64,000 bases of DNA from a virus (Duplodnaviria; Caudoviricetes). Made by a program: the position numbers and the translations under genes. Shown here piece by piece: positions 18,881 to 28,641 of the stretch (the stretch's first letter is position 1; every line of letters starts with the position of its first letter). The notes under the pieces were generated by a model. That model worked only from the letters and a program-made list of their open reading frames with translations, searched no databases and was not told the origin of the DNA. Where the stretch lies: IMG/VR virus record IMGVR_UViG_3300037400_005125, positions 25,721 to 89,720 of that record; one strand, written 5' to 3'.

Positions 18881-18915
18881 AAAAAGGGGGCTAGATTGTT
18901 TCTAGCCTCCTTTTT
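18880..18915. terminator. Bidirectional intrinsic terminator
   Basis: GGGGCTAGA-ttgtt-TCTAGCCTCC with A- and T-tracts between convergent genes. Confidence 0.7.
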
Positions 18916-18926
18916 ATTTAAATTAG

Positions 18927-21900
18927 TTATCTTACGTTATTATTATAATTATAACTTCTTGCACTACTTGACTCATCTGTTGAATAATTGGTATTATATC
19001 CAGCAGCTTGTGCTCTTAGTTTAGCTTCCTGGTCTGCTGGTGTTCCTTCGTCGTAATACAAGCCACAATCCCAAACATTACTTAAATATATACCGTTCTG
19101 TTTGGTGTCAACTGAAGGTGTAACACCGCTTGGTCCTTCCTCTAGGCAAACTATTCTAAGTGCATTTGTATCTGTGAATTCTGTATTAGTTGGGTCGATG
19201 TAGTCACCAGACATATCAACTGTATACAAATCTTCATCAGTCATTGTTGCAAACTTACCATGAGAAAGTCTTGTATCAACCTGAAGTTTTCTATTAGCAC
19301 CATCCTCAACCCATGTAGATTCATTGGTACATGTTATACCGCTTACCCACATTGTCAACAATTCACAAATCTGGTCGTTAAGCAATTGGTCAGCCTCCAT
19401 GAATGATGTAGCACCACTGATTATACATGCTCCCTGATATGGCTGATATGTAGCACCACTTCCACATTGTGGCATTGGAGAAGCATTTGTATAGAGCATT
19501 GCATATAATGCATCAGTTTTAGAATCTATGCAGTCAATTTCTTCTTCTATGTCATCAGATTTGTCCTCAACTCTCTTAAGATTTAAATCAAGGATATAAT
19601 CTGCACTAGCAAATGAAGTTGCACTATTAATATAAGCTCCAAACTGATTTGGCTCATATGTATAGCCACTACCGCAATCCTCTGCTATTATATGCCCAAT
19701 AACAGCCATTTCTACTGCTCTAAGCTCATTCTTAGTACATTCTGCTGTTTCTACTGCCCCACTAATTGAAGAACCATCAACATAAAGTCCGTTGTTCCTT
19801 ATTTCAATGGCGTTATCACTTCCTTGGTCTGGCTTACCGTCACCGTCGTGGTCATCAGTAATCAACACTTTAGCAGATAATTGGTCTTCGCCAAGAGGTC
19901 CTGTACTGTCAGTAAGTGTAAGCTCAATTGCACTATTCACACTTGGATTGTTTGGTAGCCAAGGATTAAACAAATCTTCAACACTAACTCTTGTTTCCCT
20001 TGGTGTCTGAGGGTCATCTGTTGAGTGCCATCTGATTACAAGTTCCTTAGTGTCAGAATCATATGTAATAGCGTCAATCAGAGAGCCAGCATTAAGTGTG
20101 ATTGTATCATATGATTTTCCACTTACACTACTACCATCAGTCTTCTCAAGAATCAATTGGTTAGTTGCTGCATTATAATCAAGCCTTACATATGCTTTAA
20201 CGCCTTCATCAACAATAATAATGTTATTGTTTTTTGGAACGATTACATCAGTTGTAACAACATTACCAGTAGTTTTATTCATCTTGGTTGTTACCGTATT
20301 GTCGAAAGTAAGAGCTGCATCACGTATTGCTTGTGCCAACTCAGCATCACCTTGTTCTCTGTCTTCTATCTCTTGCTGAAGTGCTGCAATGATTTGCTCG
20401 TCCTTTGCTGCCAACTCTGCTTCCTTACCAGTTGCTCTTTCTATTTCACTAGTAATTGTAATATTTAAACCAGATTCAGCATTTATAGCACGGCTAATCT
20501 CTCTATCAATTGTTCCTTGAAGAATTGTATCACCACTAATTCTTCTTTCTGCTTCATCTTCAATTGAATGAGAAAGATTATTCTCTACTGTTCTAACATA
20601 AGTTGCCTCATTGTTAATAGCTGTTCTTATATCAGTTTCAGCGCTAGTTGCCCTTGTTAGCTCAGCAGCAATAGCATCTAACAACTCCTGGTCTTTATCA
20701 GTTGAGCGAGTAATCTCATTATTAAGTTTAGTCTCAATTCTCTGTTCCTCTCCTGTTGCACGACTAACCTCACTCTGTATATTACTCTGTGCTGTAGTAA
20801 GGTCGCTTCTTAAACCAGTTTCTGCGCTAGTAGCACGAGTTACTTCTTCATTAAGGCTATTCTCAAGAGCATCAATATCGCCCTCAGCAGTTGCTAATCT
20901 GCCATCCAAAACCTCTTCTGCTGCCTTTGCTCTAGCCTCTTCCTCATCAACATCAGCAATTCTATCTACAATCTCTTGTTCTATAGCTGCTGTATTTGCT
21001 GAAATCTGAGCACCAGATACGTAAAGAGAACCATCATCCATTACCAAGATGTTATCATCATGGTCATCTGTGATAATTACAGATGCCTTAAGAACATCTT
21101 GTTCACTTGTACCACTTGCAACTCTAACTTTTTCAAGCTGAACAGCATGTGGGTGTCCATCTTCAACTCTCCACTCGTTAATTAAATCACCAACAGGTAT
21201 AACAACGTCTGGCATTCTATGACCATTTACAGTATATTCGATGATAATTGCTTCCCTTGATGGGTCGTAATAAATCTTATCTACTACCGAATTTGTTTTA
21301 AGGTCATATGTCTTAGTTCCGTTAGTTGTTTTGAAAATAAGTTGATTTGTTCCAACTTCTTCATTAAACTCATAGATAAGGTCTACTCCTGCATATAATC
21401 CATCTGCGTTAAGCTTAATGATATTTGGTTTATCATCCTCAGCCTCTTCACTTAAATTAACCTTAAGAACTTTGATTGTTGGTTTACCATTTTCATCATT
21501 TCTTGTCTCGACATCAATTGATTCATCTTCGTTGATAACGTCTGTTAATCTCATTGATGTATCTGCGCTAACAGCATCAATATCACTCTGAAGATTATCA
21601 ATTTCATCCCTTACAGTATTTCTAGGACCGAATCCTTCACCAATCTCTGCATCAATTGCATCAAGTCTACCATCATGTTCTTCGTCTGTTGTTTTTGAAC
21701 GGTCAATCTCTCTCTGAAGTTTTGCAGCCTCTTCATTAACCTGGTTCTGTAACTGGTCAAACTTATAGGTAACTGTCTCATGAGCGTCAGTTGTGAAACC
21801 AGAACCAATTGTAGCATCTATTCTATCAATAGCTTCGTCGTGTTCATTGTCCTTATTTGTAGAACGCTCTATTTCATCATCAAGTTTGTTGTTGATTCTC

Positions 21901-23705
21901 TCATCCTCACTAATAGAACGCTCAATTTCTGCGTCTGTTTTTGCACTTAAAGCCTCAAACTTAAATGTTACATTGTCATGAGGGTCATCTGTAAAACCAG
22001 TTCCAATCTTATTAGTAAGAACTTCCTCAGCAGCCTCAGCACGTTCTGTTTCAGCTTCAATCTTTTCATCAAGTGCCTGTTCAGAAGCCTTAGCCCTCTC
22101 GATTTCCTCGTCAATTCTAGTATTGATTGCTGCATCCTCAGCCTTTAACTCATCAAGAACATCCTTAACTGTTGTGTCACCAGTAGGAAGATACTTAATA
22201 TTGTCAGCCTCACCACGAACATAAAGTGAGTGGTTAGTGTCTGTTAAAATGTTGTTATGACCTTCGAAAATCTTTACATCTGCTGAAAGCTTGTCATTAC
22301 CAGATATATTCCTAGTTTTAACCAACTTAACATCGTGTCCTTCATTCTGAACTTCCCACTCCCAATCACGAATCATTTCACCAATTGGAATTTCAACAAA
22401 CTGTGTTTTACCCTTATTATCCTTATATGTAACAATAAGAGCTTCCTTTGTTGAGTCGTAGTAAATATGTTCAAAAAGTTCAACACTATTAAGCTGGATT
22501 ACAGTATCTTCCTGGCCGCTAGCCTTAAACACAAGCTTATTATCTTTTGAAACATATTCAAGTTTTGTTGAAGCAAAGAATCCATCAGTTTTTTCAACAA
22601 TTATATTATCATTGTCTGGTGAAAGTCTAATATTACTAAGTCTATCAAGAGCGTTCTTAACAGTTGTTTTATTTTGTTCTTCCTCTGTCAGGTCACTGAA
22701 CATAAATCTATTCCAGTAAAGTATATTACTTGCTTTACCATCAACATAAAGATATCTTCCGTCACCTGTTCTTTCTAGAATATTAGTAGAATCTGGGTCT
22801 TTCACATACTTTCCAGTAATAGCATCTTTCTCTTCATCCTTTATTCTAACGTCTGCACGAAGAACATCCTGCCAAGGTTCTACATGGTTGTGTTCATCTG
22901 TGTGGTCATAATCAACTTCCTCTCTTGTAAGAATAATAGGAGTTAATGAACCCTCACCTTCAACGCCCCATTCGGCAATAAGGTCTTCACAGTCAACAAC
23001 AATCTCTTCACCTTCCTTCATTGTAAATACAAGTGATTCAATTGTCTTGTCGTAAATACCACTTACCAAGTAATTATTAGGCATCTTAACAGTTGTTTCA
23101 GTTATAGTACCATCACCATTACTAATAGTAAATGTAAAGGTATCGTTTTCTTTATCCCATGTTAGATTAACATATATGAAAAGTCCCTCTGGAGTAACCA
23201 TGAGGTTATTATTTCTCTTGATGTCATCGTCAAACACATGTGTATCGGCAACCTTAACATCACCACTCATGAATGTACCGTCATCGGTTTTATCAGCATA
23301 CAAGTTCAATGTATCTGAATTCAATGCAATAACAGTAAGACTCTTTATAGCCTTCTCAACTTCCTCAGCAAGGTCAGCAATCTCCTGTTCTGTCTTATCT
23401 ATATCAATAATACAGAACCTGTTATCACTATACTGTCCATGACCAGTTTCAACACCCTCTACATTTGTCTTAGAACCAATTGCGAAGATAAGGTGTGGGT
23501 CAAGTTCCCCAGTTTCATCATCTTCTGTAATATTCTTATACAGAAGTACAGTAGGTTCAGCAAGCAAAGAATATCCAAGTGCCTTGTTATCTATTGCAAG
23601 ACCATCATCAGCAAATCTAATCTGACTATAGATATAATCAATGGCATCCTGTCTGGTATCGAATACCTCGTCGTGCTTTCTAAATTGCAATCTATTTAAA
23701 ATCAT
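18927..23705 (-). CDS. Giant fibre-like virion protein (1592 aa)
   Basis: Coiled-coil repeats (E..RA..AE..L) alternate with four copies of a beta-rich unit (I.YD...E.L....IP..DLI.EW....D.LSA.V.I); two Cys-containing C-terminal repeats (CGSG.TY.P). Confidence 0.6.
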   Translation of the reverse strand: MILNRLQFRKHDEVFDTRQDAIDYIYSQIRFADDGLAIDNKALGYSLLAEPTVLLYKNITEDDETGELDPHLIFAIGSKTNVEGVETGHGQYSDNRFCIIDIDKTEQEIADLAEEVEKAIKSLTVIALNSDTLNLYADKTDDGTFMSGDVKVADTHVFDDDIKRNNNLMVTPEGLFIYVNLTWDKENDTFTFTISNGDGTITETTVKMPNNYLVSGIYDKTIESLVFTMKEGEEIVVDCEDLIAEWGVEGEGSLTPIILTREEVDYDHTDEHNHVEPWQDVLRADVRIKDEEKDAITGKYVKDPDSTNILERTGDGRYLYVDGKASNILYWNRFMFSDLTEEEQNKTTVKNALDRLSNIRLSPDNDNIIVEKTDGFFASTKLEYVSKDNKLVFKASGQEDTVIQLNSVELFEHIYYDSTKEALIVTYKDNKGKTQFVEIPIGEMIRDWEWEVQNEGHDVKLVKTRNISGNDKLSADVKIFEGHNNILTDTNHSLYVRGEADNIKYLPTGDTTVKDVLDELKAEDAAINTRIDEEIERAKASEQALDEKIEAETERAEAAEEVLTNKIGTGFTDDPHDNVTFKFEALSAKTDAEIERSISEDERINNKLDDEIERSTNKDNEHDEAIDRIDATIGSGFTTDAHETVTYKFDQLQNQVNEEAAKLQREIDRSKTTDEEHDGRLDAIDAEIGEGFGPRNTVRDEIDNLQSDIDAVSADTSMRLTDVINEDESIDVETRNDENGKPTIKVLKVNLSEEAEDDKPNIIKLNADGLYAGVDLIYEFNEEVGTNQLIFKTTNGTKTYDLKTNSVVDKIYYDPSREAIIIEYTVNGHRMPDVVIPVGDLINEWRVEDGHPHAVQLEKVRVASGTSEQDVLKASVIITDDHDDNILVMDDGSLYVSGAQISANTAAIEQEIVDRIADVDEEEARAKAAEEVLDGRLATAEGDIDALENSLNEEVTRATSAETGLRSDLTTAQSNIQSEVSRATGEEQRIETKLNNEITRSTDKDQELLDAIAAELTRATSAETDIRTAINNEATYVRTVENNLSHSIEDEAERRISGDTILQGTIDREISRAINAESGLNITITSEIERATGKEAELAAKDEQIIAALQQEIEDREQGDAELAQAIRDAALTFDNTVTTKMNKTTGNVVTTDVIVPKNNNIIIVDEGVKAYVRLDYNAATNQLILEKTDGSSVSGKSYDTITLNAGSLIDAITYDSDTKELVIRWHSTDDPQTPRETRVSVEDLFNPWLPNNPSVNSAIELTLTDSTGPLGEDQLSAKVLITDDHDGDGKPDQGSDNAIEIRNNGLYVDGSSISGAVETAECTKNELRAVEMAVIGHIIAEDCGSGYTYEPNQFGAYINSATSFASADYILDLNLKRVEDKSDDIEEEIDCIDSKTDALYAMLYTNASPMPQCGSGATYQPYQGACIISGATSFMEADQLLNDQICELLTMWVSGITCTNESTWVEDGANRKLQVDTRLSHGKFATMTDEDLYTVDMSGDYIDPTNTEFTDTNALRIVCLEEGPSGVTPSVDTKQNGIYLSNVWDCGLYYDEGTPADQEAKLRAQAAGYNTNYSTDESSSARSYNYNNNVR

Positions 23706-23729
23706 TTTATTAAAATATTTTCGATGTTA

Positions 23730-26045
23730 TTAAATACTTCCGAAATTAGCATCAAAGTCAGCTCTGATAAAGTGCTCTTCTATACCATCCTTCGTTTTGA
23801 ATACGATATTATTTTCATCTTTCTTAACTGCTGCTGTGAAAGTGAATGGTACAAGCCTCCAGTCAATAAGTTGTCCGTCAATCTCATTCTCTCTAGCGGT
23901 TGCACGTTCAATTTCAGCATTGAGTGCTCCCCAAAGTTGTGCTTCAACTTCCTGTGCTCTTGCGGTCTCTCCGTTGATGCCTTCCCAAAGTTGTCTCTCA
24001 ACTTCCTGTGCTCTAGCAGTTTCTGCATTTATAGCATCCCAAAGCAAGTTATCAGTTGTCTCTCTTGCCTCTGCTTCAGCATTAATTGCAGCCCACATTT
24101 GAGCATCAACGTCAAGTCTAGCCTGAATTTCATTGTTAAGGGCAGACCAAATCTGATTATCAACATCAGTCCTTGCAGAAGCCTCCTGAGCAATAGCATC
24201 CCAAAGCTGGTTGTCAACATCAGTCCTTGCAGAAGCCTCCTGAGCAATAGCATCCCAAAGCTGGTTGTCAACGTCTGTTCTTGCAGAAGCCTCTTGTGAA
24301 ATGGCTTCCCAAAGTTCCGTATCACCTGAGATTCTTTCATCACGCTCTGTTTCAATTGCCCCAGAAAGTACTGCATCTGCCTCGATTCTTTCCTCACGCT
24401 CTTTTTCAAGCATTGGAACTATAATCTGTACAACTCTTTCAACAACAAGGTCATCAGTATTTACAAGAATCTTGTTACATCCACCATCCTCTGTAAACAC
24501 CCTGTATTCAATGTTGCTCTGTGCAGCCTTTGGAATCTCAATATCAATACAGTGAGATACGTGGTCTTTATCCATCCAGCATACATTTGTGGTTGTTCCA
24601 GTTCCCTGGTCGAAGCATGGGTTTTCAACAACAATTGTGTCACCCTCATGCATTATCTTCTTTTCCCAGTAGTAACCATTCCACTCATTGATAAACATTT
24701 CAACTCTCTTCTCAAGAACCTCTCCATTGTTTACTTCAACGATTTCAGGTGTTTCTCCACCTTGAACATACTCAATAAAGCCTTCCTTGTCAGCATAGTT
24801 TGAAGCAAGCCAAATCTGTCCGCTTTCAGGGAATAGAATTGTTTTATAAAGTACTCCGTCGATATACTCACTATCATAATAGTTGCTACCATCGTAATCC
24901 TTGACAAGCCTTACTGAATAATATGGCTTTGGACATTCAGCTACCTGAGAAACCCCACACTTATTCCAATCAAAAATCTTTGCATACACATCCTGGTCAC
25001 TATCGCCATAAACGTGTGTTGAAGTCCAAAATATTGCCTGTTCCTTAAATGAAGCTGACTGTGGTCTTCCAAATGTATCAAGTGTTGAAAGTCCTGCTGG
25101 AAGAATTGATAAACCATATTTATCAATACCAACACAAGAATCTTCATTATATGATGGAGTTGCTGGTTCTTCATCAATATACCCATCTTCATTGTATGAA
25201 CACCCAGTGTTAGGCTTTGTTACAGTACATTCACACTCTGGCTGACCAAGCCAACCACATTCAGACTTAAAATATTTACCAGCAACTTTACCAAGTTCTA
25301 CGTGGCATTTGGAAGAATTGTGATTCTGGTACTCACATGGTTCTACTGAATTAAGAAGTGCATCCCAATCTGCCTTTGATGGAATTCTCCATCCATAGCG
25401 CCTCTCGTTAGTCTGATGACTCTTGCTTTTCTGGGAATATCTTTCATCAAGTTTTTCCTGAATCTTATCAACACCAGCACCGTTATAAAGATAGCCGTAA
25501 TCATTTACATATTCTTTGGTAATATATCTAGTACCAAGTTTTGCAACTTCTGGAAGTGTACCGCCAGTAGTAAGGTCAAATACCTCCAATACTGGTGCAA
25601 AAGAACCTGTCTTCTCAACTCCAGTAATACCAAGCGGAGCATCAATTGTTCCATTTCCTCTAAGAGTACCGTCAGTGATTACCTTGGTAAGTATATCACT
25701 ACCAATAACATCCATAAGATTGTCAGCAGTAAGAATATTTGGTATAACCACATCTTTTTTGCCAAATTCTCCATCATATGAAATAGTCAAAGTAGTTCCA
25801 CTTTCACCGCATTCAGCATCCACATTGAGATTGTATGCAATGTCGTTCAAAGGAACTATTAACTTCTCGTCGTTGTTTCTTGTAAGTACAAGTGTCTTTT
25901 CCTCCCTAACGAACTCAGCACTCTTAATGTCATTGTCCTTTAAGGTCAAGAAGTTACTGTCAATCTCATTTATGGTAAGCTTACAATTTTTTGTAACGTC
26001 CTCTTTGTAAGGACTTACTAACTTATAGTAGTATAATCCAACCAT
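23730..26045 (-). CDS. Fibre-like virion protein with Fib_succ_major-like domain and 18-aa coiled-coil repeats
   Basis: GYLYN, GWRIPSKADWDAL, KSECGW, YGLSILPAG, FWTST, SVRLVKD; start moved to ATG 26045 (MVGLYYYKL) behind TATTTATT. Confidence 0.65.
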   Translation of the reverse strand: MVGLYYYKLVSPYKEDVTKNCKLTINEIDSNFLTLKDNDIKSAEFVREEKTLVLTRNNDEKLIVPLNDIAYNLNVDAECGESGTTLTISYDGEFGKKDVVIPNILTADNLMDVIGSDILTKVITDGTLRGNGTIDAPLGITGVEKTGSFAPVLEVFDLTTGGTLPEVAKLGTRYITKEYVNDYGYLYNGAGVDKIQEKLDERYSQKSKSHQTNERRYGWRIPSKADWDALLNSVEPCEYQNHNSSKCHVELGKVAGKYFKSECGWLGQPECECTVTKPNTGCSYNEDGYIDEEPATPSYNEDSCVGIDKYGLSILPAGLSTLDTFGRPQSASFKEQAIFWTSTHVYGDSDQDVYAKIFDWNKCGVSQVAECPKPYYSVRLVKDYDGSNYYDSEYIDGVLYKTILFPESGQIWLASNYADKEGFIEYVQGGETPEIVEVNNGEVLEKRVEMFINEWNGYYWEKKIMHEGDTIVVENPCFDQGTGTTTNVCWMDKDHVSHCIDIEIPKAAQSNIEYRVFTEDGGCNKILVNTDDLVVERVVQIIVPMLEKEREERIEADAVLSGAIETERDERISGDTELWEAISQEASARTDVDNQLWDAIAQEASARTDVDNQLWDAIAQEASARTDVDNQIWSALNNEIQARLDVDAQMWAAINAEAEARETTDNLLWDAINAETARAQEVERQLWEGINGETARAQEVEAQLWGALNAEIERATARENEIDGQLIDWRLVPFTFTAAVKKDENNIVFKTKDGIEEHFIRADFDANFGSI
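23890..24350 (-). repeat. 54-bp tandem repeat (LWDAIAQEASARTDVDNQ), near-perfect core at about 24150-24310 with degenerate flanks
   Basis: ACATCAGTCCTTGCAGAAGCCTCCTGAGCAATAGCATCCCAAAGCTGGTTGTCA recurs at 54-nt period. Confidence 0.85.
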
Positions 26046-26155
26046 AATTTTATAAACTGTTTTTCTTATAATTTTCTTAAAAATAAATATCCTACACACA
26101 TTGTTTATTTGCAGTTTATATATATTTATTAGTATAAACAAAACAATATATTATT

Positions 26156-27411
26156 ATGAGACACTGTAAGAACTATTGGAAAAATAAAAACAATGTATTT
26201 GAGGAGTCAAAAAAATATACTTCAAGGTCATCGTTTAACAAGCATTCAAGAAAGGCATATGATGAGGCAAGAAAAAATAATTGGCTTGATGAAATGACAT
26301 GGCTTATCAGTAAAAATGTGTTTGTTGATAAAGTAGATAATATTTACAGATATTATTTCAAAAATGAAAATGCTATATACATTGGTAGGACAATCTATCC
26401 AGAATTAAGGGATTATCAACATAGGACTACAGTTAACGATACTGTTTATAAATTTGCTAGTAAGAATTCCACTACCATACCACAGATGGAAGTCATAGAA
26501 ACAAACATAACAGTTCCGCAAGGTTCAAGAAAAGAAATATTTTGGGAACAGTATTATAGAGACAATGGGTATATAGTGTTAAACAAAAAAAAATGTGGTG
26601 GGGTAGGTTCTATATCAACTGGAAAATGGAGTAAATCAAAGTGCATAGAAGAATCAAAAAAATATAAAACTAGAAGTGAGTTCTCAACTGGAAATAGTAA
26701 TGCATACCAAAAATCAATAAAAGAAGGTTGGATAAATGAAATGATTTGGTTAAATAATAATAGAAAATATCCTAAAGGATTTTGGACAATAAAAGAAAAC
26801 GTGTTGGAAGAAGCAAAAAAATATAACTCAAAAAAAGAATTTGAAAAGAAAAACATTAGTGCATTTTTAGCTGCATATAGATATGGATTTATTAAAGATA
26901 TGAATTGGCTTGTAAAGCAAAAACAACACAAGAAAAATCATTGGAACGAAACTGAACTTAAATCAGAGTCAAAAAAATATTCAACTAGAACTGAATTTTC
27001 TATCAAAAACAGGGCAGCATACAATGCCGCTAAAAAACTTAGCATACTTGATGAATTATTTCCAAAACAAGAAAAAAAAAAGTTGTTGAGAGACACCCAA
27101 AAGGCTACTGGAAAAACAGGGAAAACATGATGAATGAAGCTATGAAATATTCAACCAAAGAAGAATTCCAAAAAGGAAATCTTTCTGCTTTTCTTGCAGC
27201 TCATAAATACGGCTACATAGATGAAATGTATTGGCTTGTTAAACAGAAACAACATAAAAAAGGATATTGGACTTACAAGCACATTGAAGAGGAGGCGCTA
27301 AAGTACAATACCAAGACTGAATTCTTCAAAGGAAACCAGACAGCATACCGTGCTGCATTGAAAATGGGAGTAATTGATGACTTCTTCGTTATGAATGACT
27401 ATGTGCAATAA
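26156..27411 (+). pseudogene. GIY-YIG endonuclease with tandem repeats, split by a frameshift at an A10 run (ORFs 26156-27130 and 27127-27411)
   Basis: NIYRYY..IYIGRT..R..QH..E..LN GIY-YIG motif; EAKKY..R.EF.K.N..AY..A...GW repeats continue across the shift (..ELFPKQEKK/VVERHPKGYWKNRENMMNEAMKY). Confidence 0.7.
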
Positions 27412-27443
27412 ATGAGCAACCGTGATTGGCTGCTCATTTTTTT
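27412..27443 (+). terminator. Intrinsic terminator
   Basis: AAATGAGCAACC-gtgatt-GGCTGCTCATTT followed by T-tract. Confidence 0.7.
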
Positions 27444-27466
27444 GTATATCTATACACTATTGATAT

Positions 27467-27492
27467 TTAGAGTCAACAGGTATATAGTTCCC
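27467..27492 (-). repeat. Orphan, diverged copy of the cassette terminal inverted repeat
   Basis: Minus strand GGGAACTATATACCTGTTGACTCTAA, 22/26 identical to the cassette 2 TIR at 49916; abuts the stop codon of gene 27493-28008. Confidence 0.7.
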
Positions 27493-28008
27493 TTAAAAAT
27501 TATATTTTCGTCTAAGTTCCATATATACTGCATCTGCAATTTTCATTCTCAGAGGTATTGACATAATCTGTTTGAATATCTGGGGGCATCTTGAAATAAA
27601 TTCTTCTTTCCTCCATTTTAACTGCTGATTTTGCGTCCCTCCTGGGAACATCAAAAGTCGAGGATGAAAGCAAGAAAGAGCTTCTTCCGATAATTTTTCA
27701 TCATTCATTACTGTATCAACAACGTTCTTGATGATTTCGTCGTTCCTGCCTTCCGATAATATCTTGTTTACAGATTCTTTCACAATTCTGTGAAGGTCAC
27801 TCTCTGTTAGCCTAATGATGGTTTGTTCCTCAACTTTTTCTGGAAGTCCCTTATGTTTTGTCTCGGCAAAATCCTTTACATCATCCATCGACATTCCTTT
27901 TGCAGCTTTCTTTATCTTGCTGCTTGCATTCTTCATTTCGCCCTTCTTGTATGCATCTACCATACCAAAGAACCTCTGTTGTTCTTTACTTTTACTTTTA
28001 CTTGGCAT
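27493..28008 (-). CDS. DUF3008-like N-terminus plus internal ESDLH motif
   Basis: SKSKEQQRFFGMV..KKG..MS..DVKDFAETKHKGLPEKV then IIRLTESDLHRIVKESVNKILSE. Confidence 0.65.
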   Translation of the reverse strand: MPSKSKSKEQQRFFGMVDAYKKGEMKNASSKIKKAAKGMSMDDVKDFAETKHKGLPEKVEEQTIIRLTESDLHRIVKESVNKILSEGRNDEIIKNVVDTVMNDEKLSEEALSCFHPRLLMFPGGTQNQQLKWRKEEFISRCPQIFKQIMSIPLRMKIADAVYMELRRKYNF

Positions 28009-28032
28009 ATTAATATATGTTATTACCTATAA

Positions 28033-28641
28033 TTATTTCAATTTAACTCTTGATAAAAAATCTTTTAAACAAGCATCCTCATCATAGTTTATATCTCTAA
28101 CTATTGAATATAAATCATCACAGTCCAAATTCTGTGTCTTCAAGAATTCAACGTCTTCATCATCACCATTTCCAAATGCCCTCTTTAGTTTCCTATTAAA
28201 TGCATTTCCATATGTAGGTATATACCCTCTGAAACGTTTTCCATCCCAATATATAAAAAACAATATAGGACACTCCCAATCACCGCCAGCATAGCATTTC
28301 AGATATGTTATACCTTTCCGTGTTTCAACTTTACCGATTGCACCAAGATTTTCGCAATCATAGTCTATCTTAGATATATCGTCCAGCAATGTTGACAATT
28401 CTTTTGGCTTTTCCTTATTGTAATTGTTACAAAAGGTATATACAAAACTATCTAGAGAAAAACGCCTTTCATTGTTCTTTTCATAAATAGATTTCATTTT
28501 CTCCTCAAATTCTTTTGGTGAAATCTTTGCTGCTGTTCTACCAGTTTTAGGAAGTTCAACATCTAAGTTAACAATATATCTTTTTTTCCCTCCTTCTATA
28601 ATTAATCTCAACTGAGATTCATTTAACATTATTTTTTTCAT
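28033..28641 (-). CDS. Hypothetical protein with leader-like MKKIMLNESQLRLIIE
   Basis: ORF track; start moved to ATG 28641. Confidence 0.65.
   Translation of the reverse strand: MKKIMLNESQLRLIIEGGKKRYIVNLDVELPKTGRTAAKISPKEFEEKMKSIYEKNNERRFSLDSFVYTFCNNYNKEKPKELSTLLDDISKIDYDCENLGAIGKVETRKGITYLKCYAGGDWECPILFFIYWDGKRFRGYIPTYGNAFNRKLKRAFGNGDDEDVEFLKTQNLDCDDLYSIVRDINYDEDACLKDFLSRVKLK

Noticed and set aside
26077-26100. Left TIR and TSD partner for the orphan repeat at 27467-27492
   Set aside because: TTAAAAAT matches the expected TSD but is followed by AAATATCC, not GGGAAC, and overlaps the late motif of the 26045 gene.
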